NCBI GenBank assembly: GCA_009773355.1
Contig: WRPG01000002.1
Span: 64,391 to 128,390 of the forward strand
Direction: 5' to 3'
From: Limisphaerales bacterium
GTDB lineage: Bacteria; Verrucomicrobiota; Verrucomicrobiia; Limisphaerales; SXTU01
DNA length: 64,000 nucleotides
Shown: positions 9,944 to 18,942 of the stretch, one piece after another
How the letters are laid out: each line of letters starts with the position of its first letter
How positions within the stretch are numbered: position 1 is the stretch's first letter
Translations under genes and position numbers: made by a program
The notes under the pieces: model-generated
The model's input: the letters and a program-made list of their open reading frames with translations, nothing else
Databases searched by the model: none
Told to the model about the DNA's origin: nothing

Positions 9944-11794
9944 ATGCCTGGATATTTCATTTATTGCCGCAAATCATCCGAGGCCGAAGACCGGCAGGTT
10001 CTTTCCATTGAATCGCAAACCCGCGAGTTGGAGCAGCTCGCGGCCAAGTTGAATCTGCCCGTGACGGAAATTCTGACTGAATCCAAATCCGCCAAAGACC
10101 CAGGGCGTCCGGTGTTCAACAAAATGATGCAACGACTCTACCGAGGTGAAGCCGCCGGCATCATCTGCTGGAAGCTTGACCGTCTGGCGCGCAACCCGGT
10201 GGACGGCGGCTCCATCATCTGGGCCATCAAACAGCACGGCATCCGGGTGCTGACCCCGGCCCAGAGCTACGCCCGCGAGGACGACAACATCATCCTCATG
10301 TATATCGAGTTCGGTATGGCGCAAAAATACGTGGACGACTTGAGCAAGAACGTGAAGCGCGGGCTCAAGACCAAGATTGAAAATGGCTGGTATTCGGGGG
10401 TCGCCCCGGCGGGTTACCTGAACCACACCGACAAGCGGACGGGTGAAAACACCCTGGTCATCGACCCGGAGCGCTTCCCACTCATCCGGCGCATGTGGGA
10501 CTTGATGCTGACCGGCCTCCACACCCCGCCAAGGATTCTGGAAACCGCGAATCAGGAATGGGGCTTTCGCACCCGCCCGACCCGCAAGATGGGCGGCAAA
10601 CCTCTCGGTCGCAGCACCATTTACAAAATCTTCACCAAGCCGTTCTACTACGGTTGGTTTGAATACCCGAAAGACAGCGGCCAATGGTATCAGGGCAAGC
10701 ACGAGCCGATGATCACCGAGGCGGAGTATGACCGCGTGCAGGCGTTGCTGGGCCACAACGGGAATCCCCGGCCGCAGTCGCACCCCGAGTTTGCCTTCAC
10801 GGGGATCATCCGCTGCGGGGACTGCCGGCAAATGGTGACCGCCGAGGAGAAGCATCAGGTCATCTGCGGCTCCTGCCGGTTCAAGTTCGCCCACCGCCGG
10901 CACGAGGCCTGTCCGCGTTGTCAGACGTCGATGGAGAAGATGGTCAATCCGCACTTTCTCCGCTACACGTATTACCACTGTGCCAAAAGCAAACTACCCA
11001 GATGCCAACAAAAGAGCATCAGTGTCCAAAAGCTGGAACAGCAGATCGCGCAGAGTCTAGCCCGCATCCACATCTCCGAGAAGTTCAAAGGATATTGCCT
11101 CAAATACCTGCATGAGCTGCACGCGCAGGAGAGCGCCCCACGAACCGCCATCATTGAGGCCCGACAGAAGGCGCATCAGGAGTGCGCGCGGCAGATTGAC
11201 AGTCTGGTGAAGCTCAAAACCTCGGCTGGAAACATGGACGGCTGCTTGTTATCCGACGAAGAATACGCCCGGCAACGGAGCGGGCTGCTCAAGGAAAAAG
11301 CTACCTTGGGGCAGTTGCTCCAGAACGGCGGGGCTTGGGTGAAGCAGCAGTTGAAGCTCTCCGAGCAGACCTTTGCCTTCGCCAGCACCGCGCAGGCACG
11401 GTTTGCCAAAGGCGGTCCCAAGACCAAAAAGGAGATGTTGCTGACATTTGGATCGAACCTGACTTTGAAGGACAAAAAGCTCTGCATTGAAGCCAGGGAA
11501 CCGTTCGTCATCCTGCAAAAGTCATTGTCCGCTGACGATCCCGAAACCGACCACATCGAACCTGAAAATATCGGCTCGCCATATATGCAAAAAGAGGCTT
11601 TCGCCTCTCTTTGTCCACACCTGCGGGGAGGCTTGGACGATGTTCGCGCCTACGGCATGAAAGCGGAACGCGCAGCCGCGTTGATTTACACTCACTTCAA
11701 ACGTGAGTTGGCTCTCAACGCCAAACTGTCCACCAAGCAAGTTCGTCTAGACGCTACTGCTCACGCTGACTCCACCGGGCAATTTCCCGCGTAA
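9944..11794 (+). CDS. large serine recombinase (resolvase catalytic domain, recombinase domain, zinc ribbon, coiled coil)
   Basis: N-terminus YCRKSSEAEDRQVLSIESQ (catalytic Ser) and WKLDRLARN. Recombinase domain GWYSGVAPAGY. Cys cluster CGDCRQ..CGSC..CPRC. 616 aa. Confidence 0.9.
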   Translation: MPGYFIYCRKSSEAEDRQVLSIESQTRELEQLAAKLNLPVTEILTESKSAKDPGRPVFNKMMQRLYRGEAAGIICWKLDRLARNPVDGGSIIWAIKQHGIRVLTPAQSYAREDDNIILMYIEFGMAQKYVDDLSKNVKRGLKTKIENGWYSGVAPAGYLNHTDKRTGENTLVIDPERFPLIRRMWDLMLTGLHTPPRILETANQEWGFRTRPTRKMGGKPLGRSTIYKIFTKPFYYGWFEYPKDSGQWYQGKHEPMITEAEYDRVQALLGHNGNPRPQSHPEFAFTGIIRCGDCRQMVTAEEKHQVICGSCRFKFAHRRHEACPRCQTSMEKMVNPHFLRYTYYHCAKSKLPRCQQKSISVQKLEQQIAQSLARIHISEKFKGYCLKYLHELHAQESAPRTAIIEARQKAHQECARQIDSLVKLKTSAGNMDGCLLSDEEYARQRSGLLKEKATLGQLLQNGGAWVKQQLKLSEQTFAFASTAQARFAKGGPKTKKEMLLTFGSNLTLKDKKLCIEAREPFVILQKSLSADDPETDHIEPENIGSPYMQKEAFASLCPHLRGGLDDVRAYGMKAERAAALIYTHFKRELALNAKLSTKQVRLDATAHADSTGQFPA

Positions 11795-11969
11795 TGATCT
11801 CCACAGATTCATTCGTCTCTTGAAGCTGTTTAAGAATCCGTTTCCCCTGCTCGATGCAGACCCGATGGTGCAGCGTGAGCCGGCGGGCGAGCGGGCGCAC
11901 GACCCAGCGGGTAAAATCATACGGCTGCAGCGGACACGAACACTTCTTGGTGTGGTTTGATTTTGACAT
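11754..11969 (-). CDS. hypothetical small protein, convergent with the recombinase and overlapping its 3' end
   Basis: ATG at 11969 (MSKSNHTKKCSCPLQPYDF..). A degenerate TTGCCG-N4-CGGCAA site lies 47 nt upstream at 12016-12031. Confidence 0.35.
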   Translation of the reverse strand: MSKSNHTKKCSCPLQPYDFTRWVVRPLARRLTLHHRVCIEQGKRILKQLQETNESVEIITREIARWSQREQ

Positions 11970-12015
11970 GTCCACAGGATACCGGCGCGCAGTGGCAGAA
12001 CAAAGAAGCCGAACT

Positions 12016-12031
12016 TTGCCGGAGGCGGAAA
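12016..12031. promoter_or_regulatory. TTGCCG-N4-CGGAAA (one mismatch) candidate operator
   Basis: Lies in the divergent region between 11969 (minus) and 12113 (plus). On the minus strand the flanks resemble the 63-nt repeat: ccgcctccggcaaagtt..gcgcgccgg. Confidence 0.35.
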
Positions 12032-12112
12032 CATTCCATTGAATCGAAAAGACACCGCACATGAAAAGCCAGCTTGCCGAACTGCGATCTTTGACCTCAA
12101 TCTGTTCGCACT

Positions 12113-12472
12113 ATGGCAATCGACATCAAGAAATACCTCGCACTGCGAAACGCACTCGTCAACGAGAAGGCGAACATCGAAGCCCGATTGAAGCAAATCT
12201 CCCAGGTTACCGGCGATGCAGGACAGGTGCCCGCCTCTGCTCCGGCTTCACCCGGTGGTAGGCGGAAATTCAGCGAGGCCACCAAAGCGAAGATGCGCGC
12301 GGCACAGCAGGCTCGATGGGCGAAGGTGAAGGGCAAGGCCGGAAAAGCGGCGGCCAACGCACCAAAAGGTAAGCGGAAGATGAGCGCAGAGGGTCGGGCC
12401 GCTATTGCTGCTGCTGCCAAGGCGCGATGGGCCAAGGTGAAGGCCGCCGGCAAGACCACGCTGGCTGGCTGA
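12113..12472 (+). CDS. small basic coiled-coil protein with ..AAxKARWAK.K repeats; island paralog of 5837-6175
   Basis: 119 aa. Collinear with the chromosomal copy, including both ARWAKVK repeats. Confidence 0.6.
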   Translation: MAIDIKKYLALRNALVNEKANIEARLKQISQVTGDAGQVPASAPASPGGRRKFSEATKAKMRAAQQARWAKVKGKAGKAAANAPKGKRKMSAEGRAAIAAAAKARWAKVKAAGKTTLAG

Positions 12473-12746
12473 CTCGTCTTATCAGCAGTCTTTTCGCCTT
12501 CTCACGGAGGGGTTTGTCTCGTCCGCCTGCTAACAGTCCAGCGACAACTCGTAGCGCTTCGACGCTGTTACAAACTTTACATTTCCCATAGATGCTTTGC
12601 AAATGGGCATTAACCGTGAAGACACTCACATCAATCTGCTTGGCAATCTCTTTGCTTTCTATCCCTTGCGCCAGCCACTTCAATACTTCATTCTCACGCG
12701 CAGTCAGTTTCGGATACGCCGCCAAGCGGGGATTGGATTCCGTCAT
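12402..12746 (-). CDS. LuxR/GerE-type HTH domain protein; probable 5'-truncated NarL-family response regulator
   Basis: LTARENEVLKWLAQGIESKEIAKQIDVSVFTVNAHLQSIYGKCKV is a GerE HTH. A receiver-domain tail (AALRAGASGYATKP) sits upstream in another frame at about 12830-12873, with no further receiver sequence. Confidence 0.6.
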   Translation of the reverse strand: MTESNPRLAAYPKLTARENEVLKWLAQGIESKEIAKQIDVSVFTVNAHLQSIYGKCKVCNSVEALRVVAGLLAGGRDKPLREKAKRLLIRRVSQPAWSCRRPSPWPIAPWQQQQ

Positions 12747-13140
12747 CGCCGTCTGTATAAGCCGCAATCGGGTGGCCGCTAGCCATCGTCTCTTTTTTCA
12801 CCCCGGCCAGTATGGTCCGTTCGCAAGGCTTGGTAGCATACCCACTCGCGCCAGCTCGGAGTGCTGCTAACCGCTTTCTAGCGACTTATTTTGCAGTCAT
12901 CGCGAAGCTAATCCTTTTTAGTTAAGGAGAAGGTTGAGGCTTTTATTTTAGCTGTCCGGTGCCTCCGATCCTTTGGAGATGGATTCGGCTGAGGCTGAAG
13001 CCCGGATTCTGAAAGCTATCTTCCAACGCGTTTGAACACCTCGCTTGCGCCCTGGGCGGTCCTGTCAGTGTCCGAAATGACTTGCAGGTAGTCTGGCAGC
13101 GACGTATTCAAACGGCGACATTTCTCCCAACCCGACTATC

Positions 13141-13791
13141 ATGAGCGCACGCATCACCATCAGTCTGGTGGAAGACCATGAGGACACCCGTGAAGTCTTG
13201 CGGCGCTCGTTGGCGCGCCAGCCCGACTTTGCCGTGTTGGACGAATTCGCCGACGCCGAATCCGCCCTCAGCCGCGTGTCCGCCCGCCTTCCCCACATTG
13301 TCCTCGTGGACTGGCATCTCGGCGAAGGCCGCATGGACGGCCTCGAATTCATCCGCTGCATCAAGGCCCTGCATCCCGGCCTCTGCTGCCTGCTCATCAC
13401 CGCCTATGATCTTGAGCATCTGCCTATCGAGGCCGTCCGCTCCGGGGCGGATGGCTTCATCTACAAATCGGATTCCCTCGCCTCGCTTCCGAGGCGCATT
13501 CGCGCAGCCCATGCCGGCGAGTTTCCGTTCTCCCCCCGGGCGGCCGGGAAGGTTGTCTCCATCGTCCGCGAGGAAGCCGCCGCGGCCCGCGTCGCTCTGA
13601 AAAAGCTCACCGCGCGCGAACGCGAAATCCTGCTGTTCATGCGCGGAGGCCCGACCGAGAAGCAAGCAGCCGCCCACTTCGGTCTTTCCGCCAAGACCAT
13701 CCACAACCACCTCAACAGCGCCCACGGCAAACTCGGCGTCCACAACCGCGCTGAAGCCCTGGCGCTTTTGCGCGGGGACCGCATGGGATAA
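13141..13791 (+). CDS. NarL/FixJ-family response regulator (receiver plus LuxR HTH), orphan
   Basis: Receiver motifs SLVEDHEDTRE and VLVDWHLGEG (phospho-acceptor Asp). HTH motif LTAREREILLFMRGGPTEKQAAAHFGLSAKTIHNHL. No histidine kinase nearby. Confidence 0.85.
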   Translation: MSARITISLVEDHEDTREVLRRSLARQPDFAVLDEFADAESALSRVSARLPHIVLVDWHLGEGRMDGLEFIRCIKALHPGLCCLLITAYDLEHLPIEAVRSGADGFIYKSDSLASLPRRIRAAHAGEFPFSPRAAGKVVSIVREEAAAARVALKKLTAREREILLFMRGGPTEKQAAAHFGLSAKTIHNHLNSAHGKLGVHNRAEALALLRGDRMG

Positions 13792-13842
13792 ACAGCCTAT
13801 TGTCAAGCCGCCAATTCTTGCTAGAGTTGGCCCCGTTCCTGA

Positions 13843-14571
13843 ATGCATACCACAGAGGCCAACGCCAATCATGACGCGCCTGTCGCCTTGGCTGCACAGC
13901 TTTCTTCTGCACTCGCGGTGGTTTCTTCCTTCACCGCCGGAACTTCCTCGACCGCTGTGCAAACCTGTTCCGTCGCCGAGGAAGCTTCTCCTCCGTCATC
14001 GCGCAAGCCTGCCCGGTCGTTGGAGAAGGTTCCTCCGGCATCGAAGAAGTTTCTTCCGCTGCCACGCCAGCAATGGACCGCCTTCAAGAACAAGGCCCGC
14101 AATCGCACCGGCACGAGCATGGGTGCCTTCCCCGTGGCCCCGGCCACCGGCACCCCGCCCGCCGCCGTTCCGGCCGGCATCTTCAAGCGCACCGCCACCC
14201 TCGTCGCCCGCATCAAGAAACACTCCGGCTACACCGACGCCATCGGTCAGGCCCTCGACATCATCGGCGCGGAACAGGCCTTCGACCCCAACACCCTCAA
14301 GCCCATCCTCGCCACCGAACTGCGCGCCGGCCACCCCGCCGTGCTCTGGATCAAAGGCCAGGCCGACGCCCTGGAATTCTGGGTGGACCGCGACAACGGC
14401 ACCTTCGTCTTCTTCCTCGCCATAGACACCGTCCCCGACTACGGGGACACCTTCGCCCTGCCCGCTCCCGGCCAGACCGCCCTCTGGAAATACAAGGCCA
14501 TCTACCGCATTGGCGACGAGCAAGTCGGCCAGTGGAGCGATGTCGTGAGCCAGGCGGTGCAGGGAGCCTAA
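13843..14571 (+). CDS. hypothetical protein with a C-terminal beta-sandwich-like domain
   Basis: Ala/Pro/Ser-rich N-terminal half. C-terminus ..LWKYKAIYRIGDEQVGQWSDVVSQAV. GC-rich block inside the island. Confidence 0.5.
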   Translation: MHTTEANANHDAPVALAAQLSSALAVVSSFTAGTSSTAVQTCSVAEEASPPSSRKPARSLEKVPPASKKFLPLPRQQWTAFKNKARNRTGTSMGAFPVAPATGTPPAAVPAGIFKRTATLVARIKKHSGYTDAIGQALDIIGAEQAFDPNTLKPILATELRAGHPAVLWIKGQADALEFWVDRDNGTFVFFLAIDTVPDYGDTFALPAPGQTALWKYKAIYRIGDEQVGQWSDVVSQAVQGA

Positions 14572-14706
14572 CATGAAAGCGACGCCCAACAACCCGACCG
14601 TCACTCCGCAGTCTGGCAAGCGGTCCAAAGTCACCACCCAGCGCCGGCATGCGCAAGGAATTCCACTCGCCGCCCGCCAGCCATTCACAGGATAGTATGA
14701 GAATGA

Positions 14707-14805
14707 GCTCCTGCCCCTTCGCCCGCTCACTGGAAACCCAAGGCCATCTGCTCTCCCGCAGACAACAGGCACTTCGGCCAATGGAGCGATGTGGTGGAGC
14801 ATTAG
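14707..14805 (+). pseudogene. remnant (last 32 codons) of a paralog of 13843-14571
   Basis: APAPSPAHWKPKAICSPADNRHFGQWSDVVEH* aligns with LPAPGQTALWKYKAIYRIGDEQVGQWSDVVSQ. It follows an in-frame TGA and lies at the GC-rich to AT-rich junction. Confidence 0.6.
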
Positions 14806-14848
14806 GGCGCAGTGGTGTGCATTTTTTTATTAAACTCAACACTTCGAA

Positions 14849-15931
14849 ATGCTGACTAGAAATCGTAAATCCCGTCTTTATTGCGGCCCTCTGAATTGGC
14901 TCGCCTTGCTTATAGCCATCGCAATCACCCAGGTGGATGCGCAACCACAGGCTCCGAGAGTGGATTTGAATTCACCAGCCGAGCTGTTCAAATTGTTCAT
15001 TCAGTCTCCGCCAACGATTACAAACATGCAGTTCCGCATGTCGTGGCCAGGTCGGGAGGCGAAATTTCCGCCGCGTTTTTACCTCGCCGCTTGGCAGGAG
15101 AATGCATACTTCATTCAAGAATTTTCATCTCTAAGCGAATTACTTTCAACAGAAACGGGAACCAATGCCATCCAAATTACTGCCAAATATGGCAATAAGT
15201 TTTGGCAGATAAATGGTCGACACAGAGCTTTGTATCAATGGGAGGATCGCGGCATCCCGACTGAGCGGACCAACGCAAATGTCATTTCGCAATTGTCAGG
15301 ACGAGTGAAATTGCAACGCGCGCTGAACTTTGGAATTGAACACGCGGACCTTGCTTCGTTGCGGTGGAAGGGTGATGAATTTAGATATACTAACTATGAC
15401 GGGTCGCAAACCATCATAGGAACATTAAAGCGAGACGACAAAGATAGAGCTTCCCAATTAATCTTGTATTATGAAGCTAGGACTATTGACTTTGCAAAAC
15501 CGCGGACCTTCAACTGGATGCTCGAATACAACTACGCAACCAATTCGCTCCCCTCATATTTACCGGAGAGAATCGCGCGCTTTGCCTATGACCCAACTGG
15601 AAAAAAGGTGCTGCTCGACGAAATTACGTTCTTGAACATTGCATTAGGCAGTGCGCCGTTGCCGCCGACAGCATTTGATCCAGAAAGGTATTTGCTCCCA
15701 GGGTTGAGTAAGACATTTTCAGTATCTAATAATCTCGTCGTCTACAATGAATCCGGTCAAGTGAAAGAGCTGTTGAACCCGAAAGATCCAAGGATACTTC
15801 AAGTTAAACGAATGGAGCAGCGCGGAACCTATTACAAGATCATTGCATTACTAACCGCTATTCCAGTGATTCTTTTATTTATACGAATCAGAAGTCAAAA
15901 GAGAAAAACAAACCAAAAACCAGAAACATGA
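14849..15931 (+). CDS. hypothetical exported protein with a C-terminal TM anchor
   Basis: Signal-like WLALLIAIAITQVDAQ. C-terminal helix IIALLTAIPVILLFI followed by a basic tail RIRSQKRKTNQK. AT-rich cassette. Confidence 0.5.
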   Translation: MLTRNRKSRLYCGPLNWLALLIAIAITQVDAQPQAPRVDLNSPAELFKLFIQSPPTITNMQFRMSWPGREAKFPPRFYLAAWQENAYFIQEFSSLSELLSTETGTNAIQITAKYGNKFWQINGRHRALYQWEDRGIPTERTNANVISQLSGRVKLQRALNFGIEHADLASLRWKGDEFRYTNYDGSQTIIGTLKRDDKDRASQLILYYEARTIDFAKPRTFNWMLEYNYATNSLPSYLPERIARFAYDPTGKKVLLDEITFLNIALGSAPLPPTAFDPERYLLPGLSKTFSVSNNLVVYNESGQVKELLNPKDPRILQVKRMEQRGTYYKIIALLTAIPVILLFIRIRSQKRKTNQKPET

Positions 15932-16311
15932 AAAAACACATCGAAGTCAGCCTAAAAGTCAAGTCACAATATGTGGCTCTGATTACAGTGCTGCTAGCCA
16001 GCTTAACCACTGTGCTTGCAGCCTGCTACCAGACGCAGGATGCAGTTTGTGTAGCGGGACCATGTGAAACTACGAGCCCCAACTGTGGATCAACCAATTA
16101 CACCGGCGTTCCGATAATGAATGATTTCAGGACTATTGTCAGGAACACAGTCGGCGACGAATCTGGCTACACTACATATTTCTCAGGGGAGGAGTGGGAG
16201 TGCAGATGGTCATGTCGCATTACTGATTGCTACAATGTTGAGATCGATGTGCCTCAAAACTCAATGGTAACGGACGCATATCTCAGTGGTAACATCTGTC
16301 CAGAAGACTAA
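15928..16311 (+). CDS. Cys-rich putative lipoprotein
   Basis: Lipobox-like LAAC after a hydrophobic helix. 8 Cys in the mature part. 4-nt overlap with the upstream gene. Confidence 0.45.
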   Translation: MKKHIEVSLKVKSQYVALITVLLASLTTVLAACYQTQDAVCVAGPCETTSPNCGSTNYTGVPIMNDFRTIVRNTVGDESGYTTYFSGEEWECRWSCRITDCYNVEIDVPQNSMVTDAYLSGNICPED

Positions 16312-16368
16312 TCTTTGAATAAGCCGGTCGTGAATCACACAGCGATTCACGATCGGCCAATGTAAATA

Positions 16369-16827
16369 GTGAAATTAAGCTTCCCCCTATTATTTGTCCG
16401 ATCTTCCGTTGTTATACTCGCATCGATTGCGACTGCTAAAATCGTTTCCAGCTTTGGCAACTCGCCAATTCTTTTTCGCATTGATCCTTTACTCGGGATA
16501 CCCCTTCAAACGCTTTTTTTTGTTATTGGCACTGCTGAACTTTTGTCTGCGTTCGCCATCGTGCGCTTTGGATGTAAGTGGCAATCATACCTCTTGATCT
16601 CTCTATTAGGAGCGCAATTTCTAGCTTATCGATTCGCCCAATGGCATTTCAAGTTAGATGCTTCATGTCCTTGTTTAGGAACACTAACTTCTCGGTTTGG
16701 TTTAAATCCAGCCGCAGTAGACATGGGCCTTACATGGGTGGCGCTTTACATGTTTATTGGTGGTTCATTGCTGCTAGTGGCGTCTGAGAATGAAAAGAAA
16801 ACTGCTAACAGCACTGCTGCTTTATAA
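16369..16827 (+). CDS. four-TM membrane protein, MauE/DoxX-like
   Basis: Four hydrophobic helices and a SCPCLG motif at the start of the last helix, resembling the C-x-C motif of MauE-type proteins. GTG start. Confidence 0.35.
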   Translation: MKLSFPLLFVRSSVVILASIATAKIVSSFGNSPILFRIDPLLGIPLQTLFFVIGTAELLSAFAIVRFGCKWQSYLLISLLGAQFLAYRFAQWHFKLDASCPCLGTLTSRFGLNPAAVDMGLTWVALYMFIGGSLLLVASENEKKTANSTAAL

Positions 16828-17902
16828 AATAGTATTTTTCATCTTTGTCTTTCTGGCATTGGAATTGATTCCTATGCCAGAACAGCGAGGCTACATACCT
16901 ACCTACATGAAGTGGCGTAGCTTAGCCGAGCCGGGACCCGCGATGCACTTTGCGGCTTGGGACGGTGCGTTCTACTTGCACATTGAAGAATTCTGGTATC
17001 GAAAGGGTGCTGACACATGCGCCTTCTATCCCCTGCTGCCGGCGCTGATAAAAATCACTTCGCTCATCACTTTCGACAATTCTCTATTTGCTGGACTGTT
17101 GCTGACAAACACTTTTTCCGTTCTCGCTGCGCTAATGTTGTATGCGCTAGCGCTACAGCTGCATGGTGAGCGCGTTGCTATCATATCTGTTTTAATCCTC
17201 TTGTCTCATCCGGGTGCATTATTTCTCTCATTTATTTATACGGAGTCCCTGTTCCTATTTCTTAGCCTCAGTTTTTTCTTCTGCCTGTTTAACCGTCGTT
17301 TTGGTTGGGTTGCCATTCTCGGAGTTCTCTTGCCGCTAACGAAGGCAGTTGGTATTTTTTGCCTAGTGCCACTGGCATACAGCCTTTGGGAAAAGAAGGA
17401 AAACCTTAAACAATACTGGGTGCTCTTGACTCCGATTTTAGGTTATGCGATCTACTTGCTTATAATGTATTGTTCGACCGGCAATGCATTCGAGGGCTTC
17501 AAGGCACAACAAATGTTCCCTAGCAAACCGATGATAAGCAACATTTTTGACCTTCCAAAGGCAGTCAATGCTTTTTTAAGCCCTCTAGAATTGCATGGGA
17601 TGCTAAACTCCGCGTTGGATCGTGGCATGTTTATATTCTTTATAGCATCGTTATATTTGATGTTTAAACACAATAGGGCACTTTTTGTTTACGGCTTGGT
17701 CATCGGATTAGTCCCAGCGCTTGCAGCGACATTCATGTCATATTCAAGAAACGTGCTAATGTGCTTCCCGATGATTTTTGTCATTGCATTGTTTCTCAAA
17801 GATGAAGCGATGGCGGAAATACGTTGGTTTGTGATAGCTATCTTGTTGGCCATTCAAGCCTGTTTGCTAGTTCGTTACATCCATTTTGGCTGGGCCGGCT
17901 GA
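16790..17902 (+). CDS. GT-C fold membrane glycosyltransferase, PIG-V/mannosyltransferase-like
   Basis: About 9-10 TM segments. N-terminal loop [35 protein letters not shown] resembles the WD..Y..IA..GY...AFFPLYP signature of PIG-V-like enzymes. Confidence 0.55.
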   Translation: MKRKLLTALLLYKIVFFIFVFLALELIPMPEQRGYIPTYMKWRSLAEPGPAMHFAAWDGAFYLHIEEFWYRKGADTCAFYPLLPALIKITSLITFDNSLFAGLLLTNTFSVLAALMLYALALQLHGERVAIISVLILLSHPGALFLSFIYTESLFLFLSLSFFFCLFNRRFGWVAILGVLLPLTKAVGIFCLVPLAYSLWEKKENLKQYWVLLTPILGYAIYLLIMYCSTGNAFEGFKAQQMFPSKPMISNIFDLPKAVNAFLSPLELHGMLNSALDRGMFIFFIASLYLMFKHNRALFVYGLVIGLVPALAATFMSYSRNVLMCFPMIFVIALFLKDEAMAEIRWFVIAILLAIQACLLVRYIHFGWAG

Positions 17903-17945
17903 TTGGGAAGTTGAAGCCAAAAATTTGATAATACCCTACAAATCT

Positions 17946-18638
17946 ATGAAATCTAATCGAAACGGATTCACTCTAATGGAGCTGCTTTTGGTTATTGCGA
18001 TCATTGGAGTTCTTGTGGCGCTTCTGCTCCCCGCTTTGCAAAGCGCCAAAGATAAAGCGCGGCAGTCGGTTTGCAAATCCAATCTTAAGCAACTGGGCAC
18101 TGCATTCTCACTCTATACGGATGCGCACCGTGGAGCTTTTCCAGCTTCAGGATCGACGTTTTATGGACCGCACCCCGAAGATTGGATTTGGTGGCAGACC
18201 AACAGGATTATTGAGAAGAGCGCAATTGCTGCATTTCTTTCGACAGCTTTGACCAAGAAGCTTCTGAGTTGTCCGTCGGATACGCTTGTAAGACAGACTC
18301 CGAGCAGCGTGAGCACTAACGGTTACTACCAATTCAGCTTCACGTTTAACAGTATCTGGCCGACAAATAACTCAGAAAATTTGGGAATGGCGACAATTAT
18401 AACGACAAATCGCACAGCTTTGCGATTCCGAATGGAGCAAATTAAATCTCCGGCAAACAAAATAATGTTGCTGGAGGAGGATCAGGCAACGATTACCAAT
18501 GGTCGATGGACACCAAGAGCAAACCCAGTAACTACTCGTCACGGAGGCAAAGGCGATGCGGTATTTGCCGATGGTCATGTTGAGGCGATTACGCCATCGA
18601 CTAGTCGCGACCCAGCATACTGCATTCCATCATTATGA
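17946..18638 (+). CDS. prepilin-type N-terminal cleavage/methylation protein, H-X9-DG (DUF1559) family
   Basis: [25 protein letters not shown] at the N-terminus. C-terminal [17 protein letters not shown]. Confidence 0.85.
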   Translation: MKSNRNGFTLMELLLVIAIIGVLVALLLPALQSAKDKARQSVCKSNLKQLGTAFSLYTDAHRGAFPASGSTFYGPHPEDWIWWQTNRIIEKSAIAAFLSTALTKKLLSCPSDTLVRQTPSSVSTNGYYQFSFTFNSIWPTNNSENLGMATIITTNRTALRFRMEQIKSPANKIMLLEEDQATITNGRWTPRANPVTTRHGGKGDAVFADGHVEAITPSTSRDPAYCIPSL

Positions 18639-18704
18639 AAAAATGGCTTTATGTGTATCAACCTATGCCTTCCATCCGATACGTAGACACATCCTATAAT
18701 TTAA

Positions 18705-18941
18705 GAACGCTATTATCCATACAGGCAGGCCGGATGGCTCGGGCACGTCAATCCTTACTACATGATCGATTTCCCGAGTGATCGGCACAACCGGGCCGGC
18801 AATCTCTCGTTTGCCGACGGCCATGTCGAAACGCACGCCTGGGTTGAGGCAAGCACGCATCCAGCACATGCCACTCCACGCACCCATACCACGCAAGCGA
18901 CCGGGATGTGCGCTGGTTGCACCAACATGCAACCGAGATGA
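18705..18941 (+). pseudogene. remnant of the C-terminus of a second H-X9-DG pseudopilin-like gene
   Basis: The frame opens after a TAA. YMIDFPSDRHNRAGNLSFADGHVETHAWV is the H-X9-DG signature. No N-terminal part is present. Confidence 0.55.
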
Positions 18942-18942
18942 G

